Assembly: GCA_033763995.1 (NCBI GenBank)
Contig: JANRJL010000056.1
Span: forward strand, 45,718-109,717
Origin: Rhodospirillaceae bacterium
GTDB lineage: Bacteria; Pseudomonadota; Alphaproteobacteria; Rhodospirillales; Rhodospirillaceae
Direction of reading: 5' to 3'
DNA length: 64,000 nucleotides
The notes under the pieces were generated by a model, which worked only from the letters and a program-made list of their open reading frames with translations, was not told the DNA's origin and searched no databases. Position numbers and translations under genes: made by a program. Of the stretch, positions 24,930 through 32,891 are shown piece by piece. Numbering within the stretch: position 1 is the stretch's first letter; every line of letters starts with the position of its first letter.

Positions 24930-25826
24930 TTAATCCACGTAGAGCATCAAGCCGTAATCGGCGATGGCGACGAAGCCCAAGGCGCGGAACAGCTTGTGCG
25001 CATTGGCCTGGGACTTGGGCGTGAGCAGGATGGCCCGGGTCACGCCTTGGTCCTTGAGGCTTTGCAGGGCGCCCGCGACGGCGGCCGCTTCGGGCCCGGT
25101 GCCGCGATGGGCGGCCGGCGTCCACACCCCGTCCAACTGCACGATGCCCGACAGCCGCGCGTCGATCACGCCGATGGCGATGGGCCGGTCGGTTTCCACC
25201 GTGAAGAGTTGGCCGCGCTCGATCAGGCCCTCGGTCTCCTTGGCCACGCTGTCGCGCAAGTCCGGTGTGTTCTTGGCGCCGAAAGATTCGATGAAGCTCG
25301 CGGTGCGCCAGCCCGACGCCCAGCCGTGGTCCTTGGCCGTGAGCACGCGGTAGCGGATTTTTCCCTGCAGCAACGGCGCCGGCACGCGCAGATTGACCAT
25401 GTCGATGGCCATGACGACCTTGGGTGTGCCCGCGAGTTTGCGCCGCTGCGACTTTCCCGCGGCCGTGACCGCGGCCTCGATTTGGTTCCAGGGGCCGACG
25501 AAGCCCGTGACGTTGCGTTTGGACGCGGCGATGGTCGCGCGCACGACACTGGCCAGCGAGCGCGGCGCTTGCACAGCCACCACGCCGTTCCAAAAATGCG
25601 CCGCCACGGCAACCATCGTCGCGCGGTCAAAGGCCGCCGCGTAGGTGCCTTGAAACGGCTGGCCCTGATCGACGATGCCCGCCGCGTGCGCGTTGGCGCG
25701 CAGGATCATGGACGTCGCAAAGTGAAAGCCGAGGAAATCATCGAGCGCCGCTTCATCCCCCGGCATCAGAACGCGGGTGGTGAGCGGCGGTGCGCTGGCT
25801 GAAGACGACGCGATGCCAGCCAACAT
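24930..25826 (-). CDS. GNAT-family N-acetyltransferase (two-lobed, ~300 aa)
   Basis: C-terminal acetyl-CoA binding region (VWTPAAHRGTGPEAAAVAGALQSLKDQGVTRAILLT...NAHKLFRALGF). GGGAGGA Shine-Dalgarno sequence 5 nt upstream of ATG 25826. Confidence 0.75.
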   Translation of the reverse strand: MLAGIASSSASAPPLTTRVLMPGDEAALDDFLGFHFATSMILRANAHAAGIVDQGQPFQGTYAAAFDRATMVAVAAHFWNGVVAVQAPRSLASVVRATIAASKRNVTGFVGPWNQIEAAVTAAGKSQRRKLAGTPKVVMAIDMVNLRVPAPLLQGKIRYRVLTAKDHGWASGWRTASFIESFGAKNTPDLRDSVAKETEGLIERGQLFTVETDRPIAIGVIDARLSGIVQLDGVWTPAAHRGTGPEAAAVAGALQSLKDQGVTRAILLTPKSQANAHKLFRALGFVAIADYGLMLYVD

Positions 25827-25878
25827 GGGTCCTCCCGGTCCGCTGAACGCGGATCACTTGTGGTCTGGTTGTGACGGA

Positions 25879-25990
25879 AGAATAGCAACTATTAGGAGAA
25901 TAGCAAATTATATAAGATCGTTTTAGTAGTAAATAATAACTCAAGGTTAATAGATATTGAGATAAATACAACTTAAAATAAGAAGCGTGA
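25879..25990. other. Strongly AT-rich tract (about 22% GC over 25881..25980 by hand count) with a 10-nt direct repeat
   Basis: AGAATAGCAA occurs at 25879..25888 and 25897..25906. The rest is A/T runs (TATATAAG, AAATAATAA, AAATACAACTTAAAATAAG). Lies between the ASCH gene stop (26130) and the GNAT start (25826). Confidence 0.8.
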
Positions 25991-26129
25991 CCAATTCTTC
26001 CTGCGATTTCAATAGGAGGTGCCGGGGCCTTGGACTTAACAAACGGTCCAGCTAGCCCATTGGTTGCAGCCGGAAGGCTTCGCCAGGGGAAGAAGAGCCG
26101 CTGGGCCGACTCGGCGGGACGCGGACGAA

Positions 26130-26639
26130 TTACGATTGGCTGTGCAGCAAGTCGAAGGCTTCAACCCAGACCGGCATGTCGTCGCTCACGCTCAGGCCAA
26201 AGGGCTTCAGGAGCGCGTTCCAGTACACGGTGTGCATGGGCTTCCACACGGCCAAGTCGCGCACGGGCGAGCCGTCGACCGCGATATCGGCGGCCGCGAT
26301 CTCGCCGAAGCGAACGGCATGGACCTTGGTCAACCGCACCAGCAGCGTCGGCGTTCCGTCGAAGTCGATCAAGACAATGTCGTCGCCTGCCTTCGGCGCG
26401 GCTTCGCCGGTGCGCGCGACGATCCAGGGCAAGGTGAAGGTGCCGGTTTTATCGCGCGCCGTGATGAGATCGAAAATCTGCCGCGTGGTCGGCGCATCAA
26501 GACCGATCCACCGCACTGGAACGTCCTTCCCGATCTGAGCCGACGGGTTGGCCGCGCGCGCGGCCGCAAGAAACGCATCGAGCGCGGCCGTTGTCGGGCG
26601 CGAAGGGCCATCGGGAAGATATCCATCATAAACCGGCAC
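26130..26639 (-). CDS. ASCH-domain protein, paralog A (169 aa)
   Basis: Core KTGTFTLPW...DDIVLIDFDGTPTLLVRLTKV...DMPVWVEAF fits my recollection of the ASCH (ASC-1 homology) beta-barrel pattern. Clear paralog of the next gene. Confidence 0.65.
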   Translation of the reverse strand: MPVYDGYLPDGPSRPTTAALDAFLAAARAANPSAQIGKDVPVRWIGLDAPTTRQIFDLITARDKTGTFTLPWIVARTGEAAPKAGDDIVLIDFDGTPTLLVRLTKVHAVRFGEIAAADIAVDGSPVRDLAVWKPMHTVYWNALLKPFGLSVSDDMPVWVEAFDLLHSQS

Positions 26640-26670
26640 CGCATGACTCCGCTGGGAAGGCGACCCCGGA

Positions 26671-27180
26671 CTAGATCACGGTGGTCGGAATTTTCGGATA
26701 CACGACCTTGAAGCGTTCCACGCACACGGGCATGTCTTCGCTCGCCGTCAGGCCCACGGCGGCTAATTGACCGCTCCACAACTGCCAATGCACCTTTCGC
26801 CAAGCGGTCACGTCGCGCATGCTGGGACCATCGAGCGCGGTGTGCCCGGGCCCGATGTCGCGCCAGGCGACCAACTCGAGGCCGGTGGTGCGCAGCAGGA
26901 TTTTGGGGTTGCCCGCGTAGTCGCACAGCACCACTTGTTCGGCGATGTAGGGCCGCGTCTCGGGCTTCTTCTCGTGCAGCCACACCAGCGAGAACGTGCC
27001 GGTCTTGTTGCCCGCGGCGACGATGTTCAGAATCGTGGCCGCCGTTTCCGCGTTGAGCCCGATGCAGCGCGGCCGTGCCTGGGCGCCGATGCGTTCATGG
27101 GGCATGGCCGCGCGGCAGGCATCGAGAAACGCGGTAATCGCTTCCGGCTTTGCCGGCGTGGGTTTGGGGATGTCCGACAT
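26671..27180 (-). CDS. ASCH-domain protein, paralog B (169 aa)
   Basis: The track ORF (to 27423) is over-extended. ATG 27180 gives MSDIPKPTPAKPEAITAFLDACRAA... Shares the pattern A..AFL.A.RAA.P..IG....IGL.A.T...I......KTGTF.L.W...DG...RD...W...H...W...GL..S.DMPV.VE.F with paralog A. Confidence 0.65.
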   Translation of the reverse strand: MSDIPKPTPAKPEAITAFLDACRAAMPHERIGAQARPRCIGLNAETAATILNIVAAGNKTGTFSLVWLHEKKPETRPYIAEQVVLCDYAGNPKILLRTTGLELVAWRDIGPGHTALDGPSMRDVTAWRKVHWQLWSGQLAAVGLTASEDMPVCVERFKVVYPKIPTTVI

Positions 27181-27194
27181 GAGAGAACCTCGAT

Positions 27195-28430
27195 TTACTT
27201 TCCGGTGTAACTCACGCGCCAAACGACATCGGCGGTGTCGTCTGCGATGAGCAAACTGCCGTCCTTGGCCACGGCCACTCCGGCGGGACGGCCCCACACT
27301 TCGGCCTTTTGATCGCCCTGATGCCAGAAGCCCGAGGCGAAGACGATGTAGCTGTCGGAGGGCTTGCCATTGACCCACGGCACATAGACGACGTGATAGC
27401 CGCGTGGTTGCGCCGCGTTCCATGAGCCGCGCAAGGCCACGAAGGCGCCGCCGCGATACTCCGCCGGAAACTGAGTGCCGGTGGCGAAGGCGAGCCCCAC
27501 GGGCGCCGAGTGCGAGCGGAACGGCGTGTCGGGCACGATGGCCTTGGCCACCAGGTCCGGGCGCTTGTCGGCGAAGCGGGGCTGCGGATTTTGGCCCATG
27601 TAGCTGTAGGGCCAGCCATAGAATCCACCATCTGCGACTTTGGTCAGATAGTCGGGAACCAATTCATCGGCCAACCCGTCGCGCTCGTTCACCACGGTGT
27701 AAAGATCGCTGGTGCCGGGATAAAAGCGCGTGCCCACGGCGTTGCGCAGGCCAGTGGCGAATGTGCGTTGGCCTGAGCCGTCAATGTTGAACTCCTGCAT
27801 GGTCGCGCGCGGCTCGGGTTCCTCGTTGATGTTGCCGCGCGAACCGATGGCCACGTAGATCTTGGTGCCGTCGGGATGCACCGCGATGGTGCGCGTGGAA
27901 TGCCCGCCGGGATCGCCCAGCGCGCCGTCCTTGGTGATCTGTTGCGCCTTGGCCGAGGCCTTCAGATCGCCCGGCTTGTAGGGCAGCTTCCACACCGCGT
28001 TCAGATCGCCGATCAACAGCGCCTCGCCGAGAAAGTCGAGGCCGAAGGGATTGCGGAAGCCCTCGGCGAAGGTCTCGATCTTTTCCGCCTTGCCGTCGTT
28101 GTCGGCGTCGCGCAACAGCACGATCTTGCCCAGGCCCGACATGGTGAGAATCACGTCTCCATTGGCGGCCGTAATCAGATTGCGCGCGTCTTCCAGCCCT
28201 TCGGCGAAAATATTGACCTGAAAGCCCGCCGGAACCCTCGGCATGGCGTCCTTCGGCCGGGCAATGGTGCGCGGCGGGTTGGCGGGGCTGGGCGGCTGAT
28301 AGGGCGCGGGTAACGCGGCCAAGTCGATTTTGATCCTGGTGCCGGGCGCTTGCTCGAAGGTTTGCGCCGGCGCGGCGCTTGCAAAGCCACAGGCCGCGAG
28401 CGCGACGATTGAAATGGAAAGCCGTTTCAT
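27195..28430 (-). CDS. Periplasmic PQQ-dependent sugar (glucose/sorbosone) dehydrogenase-family beta-propeller protein
   Basis: ATG 28430 gives the signal peptide MKRLSISIVALAACGFASAAPAQ. Motifs RNPFGLDF, GLRNAVG and GGFYGWPY are typical of the soluble aldose/sorbosone dehydrogenase family. Confidence 0.85.
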   Translation of the reverse strand: MKRLSISIVALAACGFASAAPAQTFEQAPGTRIKIDLAALPAPYQPPSPANPPRTIARPKDAMPRVPAGFQVNIFAEGLEDARNLITAANGDVILTMSGLGKIVLLRDADNDGKAEKIETFAEGFRNPFGLDFLGEALLIGDLNAVWKLPYKPGDLKASAKAQQITKDGALGDPGGHSTRTIAVHPDGTKIYVAIGSRGNINEEPEPRATMQEFNIDGSGQRTFATGLRNAVGTRFYPGTSDLYTVVNERDGLADELVPDYLTKVADGGFYGWPYSYMGQNPQPRFADKRPDLVAKAIVPDTPFRSHSAPVGLAFATGTQFPAEYRGGAFVALRGSWNAAQPRGYHVVYVPWVNGKPSDSYIVFASGFWHQGDQKAEVWGRPAGVAVAKDGSLLIADDTADVVWRVSYTGK

Positions 28431-28552
28431 TCCGCTTCTCCCCGTTCGTGAGCGACTACGCCGCAATTCGCGCGCCGATGTTGCCCGGGAACTCCTGCGT
28501 TCTCAAGCGAAGTCGGGGGGATGTTCGAGAATCGGAAGCGGCGCCTTGAGGA

Positions 28553-29179
28553 TCAAGCGGTGGTGTTGATGCCCGGGGATGTCCCTTGGGCGGACTTGGC
28601 GTCGCGCTTGGGGCCACCCTTGGAGACGATGACCATGGCCGGGCGGAGCAGTCGGTCGCTCATGGTGTAGCCCTCGATCAAAACTTGCACGATGGTGCCC
28701 GAGGGAACCGACGTGTTCTCCACTTCCTGCACGGCGTTGTGCAGATTGGCGTCGAAGGGCTGGTTGAGCGAGGCAACTTTCTTCACGCCCTGGTCTTCGA
28801 GGACCTTTTGTAGTTCTTTCTCCGTGAGTTCGACGCCGATGGCGAGGTTCTTCAAGGGCTCGTTGGTGGTGCGCTGATCGGCGGGGGCCGCCATGAGCGC
28901 GCGGCCCAGATTATCGGCCACCTGCAGCAGCGCTTTGCAAATGTTGGAGGTGGCGAACTTGGCGTTCTCGGAAATGCGCCGGTCGGCGCGCTTGCTCGCG
29001 TTGTCCGCCTCGGCCATGGCCAGGAGGCGTTCTTTCTTGGCGTTCTCCAACTCGGTCTCAAGGGCGGCAATACGCTCGTGCAACGCCGTGACATCGTGCT
29101 CCATGGGCAAGCTCTGGGGTTCCGGGTTCGCGGCGGCGGCTTGTGGATCGGGCATCACGTTTTCAGCAGGTTTGGTCAT
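28553..29179 (-). CDS. grpE: Nucleotide exchange factor GrpE
   Basis: 208 aa. Coiled-coil N-terminus (LENAKKERLLAMAEADNASKRADR) and C-terminal beta domain (GYTMSDRLLRPAMV). Confidence 0.95.
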   Translation of the reverse strand: MTKPAENVMPDPQAAAANPEPQSLPMEHDVTALHERIAALETELENAKKERLLAMAEADNASKRADRRISENAKFATSNICKALLQVADNLGRALMAAPADQRTTNEPLKNLAIGVELTEKELQKVLEDQGVKKVASLNQPFDANLHNAVQEVENTSVPSGTIVQVLIEGYTMSDRLLRPAMVIVSKGGPKRDAKSAQGTSPGINTTA

Positions 29180-29224
29180 GGCGTCCGTGGTGAATGACAG
29201 TGTTCGTGGTGGAGGTGCGGCGGG

Positions 29225-30280
29225 TCAGGTGCCCAGCAGTCGGCTGACCAGCTTGGCGGTGTAATCGACCATGGGAATGATGCGGGCGTAGTTGATGCGC
29301 GTGGGACCGACGACGCCGATGGCGCCGACGATCTGCTCGCGCGCGTTGACGAAGGGGGCCACCACCATGGAGCAGCCGGCCATGCCGAACAGCTCGCTTT
29401 GCGCGCCGATGAAAATCTGCACGCCGTCGGCGTGGCCGACCAGATCGACGATGCGCAGCATTTGTTCGCGGGTCTCAAGGGCTGAAAACAATTGGCGGAT
29501 GCGCGCGAGGTCTTCCAGCGCGGTGATGTTGCTGAGCAGATGCGATTGCCCCTTGATGATGAGCGCGCCGTCATTGGCGCCGCCGGTGCGGGTGGCGAGC
29601 CCCGCTTGCACCACCTTGGCCGTGAGTTCGTCCAGCTGCGCGCGGCGGCTTTCCAGTTCGTCCAGAATCTCGGCACGCGCCTCGACCAAGGTGCGCCCCG
29701 CGAGCCGCGCGGAGAGGAAGTTACCCGCCTCGATAAGCGCCGAGACCGGCAGGTCATTGGGCAGTTCGACCAGGCGGTTTTCCACCACGCCGTTCTCGCT
29801 GACCATGACCACCAGCACGCGGCCGGGCTTGAGCGCCACGAATTCGATGTGTTTCAGCGGCGCTTCGGTCTTGGGGGTCAGCACCAGGCTGGCGCATTGG
29901 GCGAGGCCCGAGAGCGTGGTGGTGGCCTGGCTCAGGACTTCTTCGACCGAGCGCCCGGCGGCCTGACAACGCGCCTCGATGGCTTGGCGCTCGTCGGCAT
30001 CGAGCCCGCCGACCTGCAGCAAGCCGCTGACGAACATGCGCAGGCCCACTTCCGTGGGCATCCGCCCGGCCGAGGTGTGGGGCGCATAAAGCAGGCCGGC
30101 CAGTTCCAGGTCCGACATGACGTTGCGGATGGTGGCGGGCGACAAGGAGCCGTTCAGCTTGCGCGCAATGGTGCGCGAGCCCACGGGTTCGCCGGTTTCC
30201 ATGTAGGCATCGACGATATGGCGAAAAATCTCGCGGCTGCGCTCGTTGAGCGCCGCGACGCTGTAGGTTTCATCCGTCAT
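29225..30280 (-). CDS. hrcA: Heat-inducible transcription repressor HrcA
   Basis: 351 aa. N-terminal winged helix (IFRHIVDAYMETGEPVGSRTIA) and the conserved C-terminus (GPTRINYARIIPMVDYTA). Upstream of grpE as usual. Confidence 0.95.
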   Translation of the reverse strand: MTDETYSVAALNERSREIFRHIVDAYMETGEPVGSRTIARKLNGSLSPATIRNVMSDLELAGLLYAPHTSAGRMPTEVGLRMFVSGLLQVGGLDADERQAIEARCQAAGRSVEEVLSQATTTLSGLAQCASLVLTPKTEAPLKHIEFVALKPGRVLVVMVSENGVVENRLVELPNDLPVSALIEAGNFLSARLAGRTLVEARAEILDELESRRAQLDELTAKVVQAGLATRTGGANDGALIIKGQSHLLSNITALEDLARIRQLFSALETREQMLRIVDLVGHADGVQIFIGAQSELFGMAGCSMVVAPFVNAREQIVGAIGVVGPTRINYARIIPMVDYTAKLVSRLLGT

Positions 30281-30287
30281 GGCGGGC

Positions 30288-30316
30288 TATGTAAGCATCG
30301 CTGGCCATCGCGTCAA
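30288..30316 (-). promoter_or_regulatory. Candidate sigma70-type promoter of hrcA (TTGACG-N17-TACATA), predicting a nearly leaderless mRNA
   Basis: Minus strand: TTGACG (30316..30311), a 17-nt spacer, then TACATA (30293..30288). The hexamer ends 7 nt before the ATG. A CCCTTGAA sigma32-like -35 also sits at 30351..30344 without a convincing -10. Motif match only. Confidence 0.3.
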
Positions 30317-30433
30317 TGCGAGAGGGCCCCGACGGCCTTGGTTTTCAAGGGCTTCAGGGCGTCCCTTGGGACCGGGGCGCGGCCATGTTAGACGGGCGCG
30401 CGATTTTCACTGAGCCTTCTTGGATTTGCCCCC

Positions 30434-31177
30434 ATGCCCCCGACTCGTCCCAATGGTCGTCCTTCCGGTCGTGCCGCCGACGCCTTGCGCGCCGTGACCC
30501 TCGATGTCGGCTTCGCCAAGCACGCCGAGGGGTCGTGCCTGGTCAAGTTCGGCGACACCCACGTGCTGTGCACGGCCTCCGTCGAGGACAGCGTGCCGCC
30601 GTTTCTGAAGAACACCGGCAAGGGCTGGGTGACGGCGGAGTACGGCATGCTGCCGCGTTCCACCCACACGCGCACGGCGCGCGAGGCGGCCAAGGGTGGG
30701 CAGTCGGGCCGCACCCAGGAGATCCAACGCTTGATCGGGCGCGCCTTGCGCGCCGTGACCGACCTGACGGGCTTCGGCGAGGTTCAGGTGCGCGTCGACT
30801 GCGACGTCATCCAGGCCGACGGCGGCACGCGCACCGCCAGCGTGACCGGCAGCTATGTGGCGCTGCATCAGGCGTTTCATAAAATGGTCGGCATGGGCGT
30901 GATCGCGAAAATTCCCCTGCGCGAGCCCGTGGCCGCCGTGAGTTGCGGCCTGTACCAAGGCACGCCGGTGCTCGACCTCGACTACGCCGAGGATTCCAAC
31001 GCCCAAGCCGACGCCAACTTCGTGCTCACGGCCTCCAACAAAATCGTCGAGGTGCAGGGCACCGCCGAGCATCACCCCTTCGAGGATTCTGAATTCGCCG
31101 CGCTCATGGCACTGGCCAAAAAAGGCGTCGCCGAGTTGGTGACGCTGCAGCGCGCGGCCTTGGCGCAGCTTAAATAA
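30434..31177 (+). CDS. rph: Ribonuclease PH
   Basis: 247 aa. [25 protein letters not shown] and [14 protein letters not shown]. Confidence 0.95.
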   Translation: MPPTRPNGRPSGRAADALRAVTLDVGFAKHAEGSCLVKFGDTHVLCTASVEDSVPPFLKNTGKGWVTAEYGMLPRSTHTRTAREAAKGGQSGRTQEIQRLIGRALRAVTDLTGFGEVQVRVDCDVIQADGGTRTASVTGSYVALHQAFHKMVGMGVIAKIPLREPVAAVSCGLYQGTPVLDLDYAEDSNAQADANFVLTASNKIVEVQGTAEHHPFEDSEFAALMALAKKGVAELVTLQRAALAQLK

Positions 31178-31777
31178 ATGCCGCGGCGGTTTTCATCGCC
31201 GCGCCTGGTGGTCGCCAGCCACAACCCCGGCAAGGTGCGCGAGATCGGCGAGCTGCTGGCGCCCTTCAAGGTCGAGGCGGTGGCGGCGGGGAGCTTGAAT
31301 TTGCCCGAGCCCGAAGAAACCGAAGCCACGTTCATCGGCAACGCCAAGCTCAAGGCCCTGGCGGCGGCCGAGGCCAGCGGCTTGCCGGCGCTGTCGGACG
31401 ATTCGGGCCTGGCCGTGAGCGCCTTGGGCGGAGCGCCTGGCATTTATTCGGCGCGGTGGGCGGGGCCCACGAAGGATTTCATTATCGCGATGCAGAAGGT
31501 CGAGCGCGAACTGGGCGCGGCAACCGATCGCTCGGCGAAGTTCGTGTGCGCGCTTGCGTTGTGCTGGCCCGACGGGCATTGCGAAACTTTCGAGGGCGAG
31601 GTCCATGGCACGCTCACGTTTCCGCCGCGCGGCACACACGGCTTCGGCTACGATCCGATTTTCGTTCCCGAGGGCCACACCATGACCTTCGGTGAGATGG
31701 ACCCCGCCGCCAAGCACGCCATGAGTCACCGCGCGCGAGCCTTCGCGCAGTTGGTGGCGGCGTGTTTCAAATCATGA
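31178..31777 (+). CDS. rdgB: Non-canonical purine NTP (dITP/XTP) pyrophosphatase RdgB
   Basis: 199 aa, Ham1 family. [20 protein letters not shown] and GFGYDPIF. Starts immediately after the rph stop. Confidence 0.93.
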   Translation: MPRRFSSPRLVVASHNPGKVREIGELLAPFKVEAVAAGSLNLPEPEETEATFIGNAKLKALAAAEASGLPALSDDSGLAVSALGGAPGIYSARWAGPTKDFIIAMQKVERELGAATDRSAKFVCALALCWPDGHCETFEGEVHGTLTFPPRGTHGFGYDPIFVPEGHTMTFGEMDPAAKHAMSHRARAFAQLVAACFKS

Positions 31778-31778
31778 A

Positions 31779-32630
31779 TCAATATCTCGCCGCACCCTCG
31801 TAGGGCTTCGCGGCAAACACGGCCATGTCCTTCGGCACCACTGGGCGGTAGGGCACATCGAACGAATATGGAATTTGCTTGTCGCCCCACACGTTGACGT
31901 GGGGGCCATGGCGGAATCGAATCAGCGACATGCCGCCGTCGCGGGTGCCGAAGGGTCCGTGGGCGATCTCGGCCGGTCGCCAGAAATAGGCGCCGGGCGT
32001 CATGCGGCCATGGGGCCCGGTCATGTCGCCCGCCAGCATGAAGGATTCTTCCACGCAGGGATGCGTCAGCGTCGGGCACGCCCAGTTCTCGGGATAAATG
32101 TGCGGCGGCGTCGAAATGATGAAGGTGGCCTTTTGCTTGTGCACCGGGTCCATGCGCAACACCTTGCGCCGGTTGCCCATCCATTCGAGCGACGGGTCGG
32201 CGGGCTTGGCGTCCCAACGCATGGCGTAAACGTCGAGCCCTTCGATCAGCGGCATGGCCGGGTCGGGCTTGGCGCCGGGCGGCGATTCCGACGGCGCGGC
32301 GTCGAAGAACGTGAGCGCCACGCAGCCCGTATCGGATTTCGCGGCGCTGCGCGGATAGTGGCGAGGTAAACAGGCGTAGCCGTCGCGGCCATAGCTGTGG
32401 CCGTTCACGGTGATCTCGCCGTCGAGCACATAAAACTCTTCCTCGGCGGCGAGCGCCTCGGGCTCGGGGCGCGACCAGCCGGCGGGATAGCGCACGATGG
32501 CGGTCAGCTCGCCGCTGCCCGTGTCGCGGCTGAGAATTTTGGCGTCGACATCGTCGCGGGCGCCGCCCGGCAGGCCGAGGCCCCAGGGCAAATGTTGCGC
32601 AAAAACAAATTCGATCAACGGGCGTGCCAT
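31779..32630 (-). CDS. Cupin-fold protein of unknown function (bicupin-like)
   Basis: ATG 32630 with GGAG 5 nt upstream gives MARPLIEFVFAQHLPWG... Has cupin-like EEEFYVLDGEITVNG and a second barrel half. Interrupts the usual rph-rdgB-hemW arrangement. Confidence 0.65.
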   Translation of the reverse strand: MARPLIEFVFAQHLPWGLGLPGGARDDVDAKILSRDTGSGELTAIVRYPAGWSRPEPEALAAEEEFYVLDGEITVNGHSYGRDGYACLPRHYPRSAAKSDTGCVALTFFDAAPSESPPGAKPDPAMPLIEGLDVYAMRWDAKPADPSLEWMGNRRKVLRMDPVHKQKATFIISTPPHIYPENWACPTLTHPCVEESFMLAGDMTGPHGRMTPGAYFWRPAEIAHGPFGTRDGGMSLIRFRHGPHVNVWGDKQIPYSFDVPYRPVVPKDMAVFAAKPYEGAARY

Positions 32631-32712
32631 GGTGGATCTCCTTATATACAGCCAAGCATTTCGCGCGGGCGAGTAGGATTCAAGGCCGTTCGTGATCACT
32701 TTCGTGGCCCTA

Positions 32713-32781
32713 GTGTCCCGATTCCGAAGTTCGCATGACTCCCCGGCAGGCTGGTTCGCGAACTTCGGAATCGAAGGACAC
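32713..32781. repeat. Extended hairpin H1 (22 bp stem, 2-nt bulge, 23-nt loop)
   Basis: GTGTCC-CGATTCCGAAGTTCGC ... GCGAACTTCGGAATCG-aa-GGACAC. All 22 pairs are Watson-Crick. Confidence 0.85.
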
Positions 32782-32800
32782 GAGTAACCTATTGATCGCG

Positions 32801-32870
32801 TGTGGCTTTGGTTCAGAAGTCCGCATACTGGACTCGCGGCTAGAACAATGCGGGCTTCTGAACCGCCACA
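32801..32870. repeat. Extended hairpin H2 (23 bp stem, 3-nt bulge, 21-nt loop), homologous to H1
   Basis: TGTGGC-ttt-GGTTCAGAAGTCCGCAT ... ATGCGGGCTTCTGAACC-GCCACA, with one G.T pair. The left arm resembles the H1 left arm (TTCcGAAGTtCGCAT versus TTCaGAAGTcCGCAT), and the right arms carry compensating changes. Confidence 0.85.
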
Positions 32871-32891
32871 CTCGCCTGATATAGAGAGCCC

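Noticed and set aside
25753-25971. 72-aa minus-strand ORF starting inside the AT-rich tract
   Set aside because: It overlaps the GNAT 5' end out of frame. The AT-rich part translates to low-complexity Tyr/Leu/Ser sequence. There is no Shine-Dalgarno sequence. It is more likely non-coding promoter DNA.
26030-26437. 135-aa plus-strand ORF preceded by AGGAGG, downstream of the AT-rich tract
   Set aside because: It uses a TTG start, its product is extremely Arg/Ser/Ala-rich, and it is entirely antisense to ASCH paralog A. Only the AGGAGG looked attractive.
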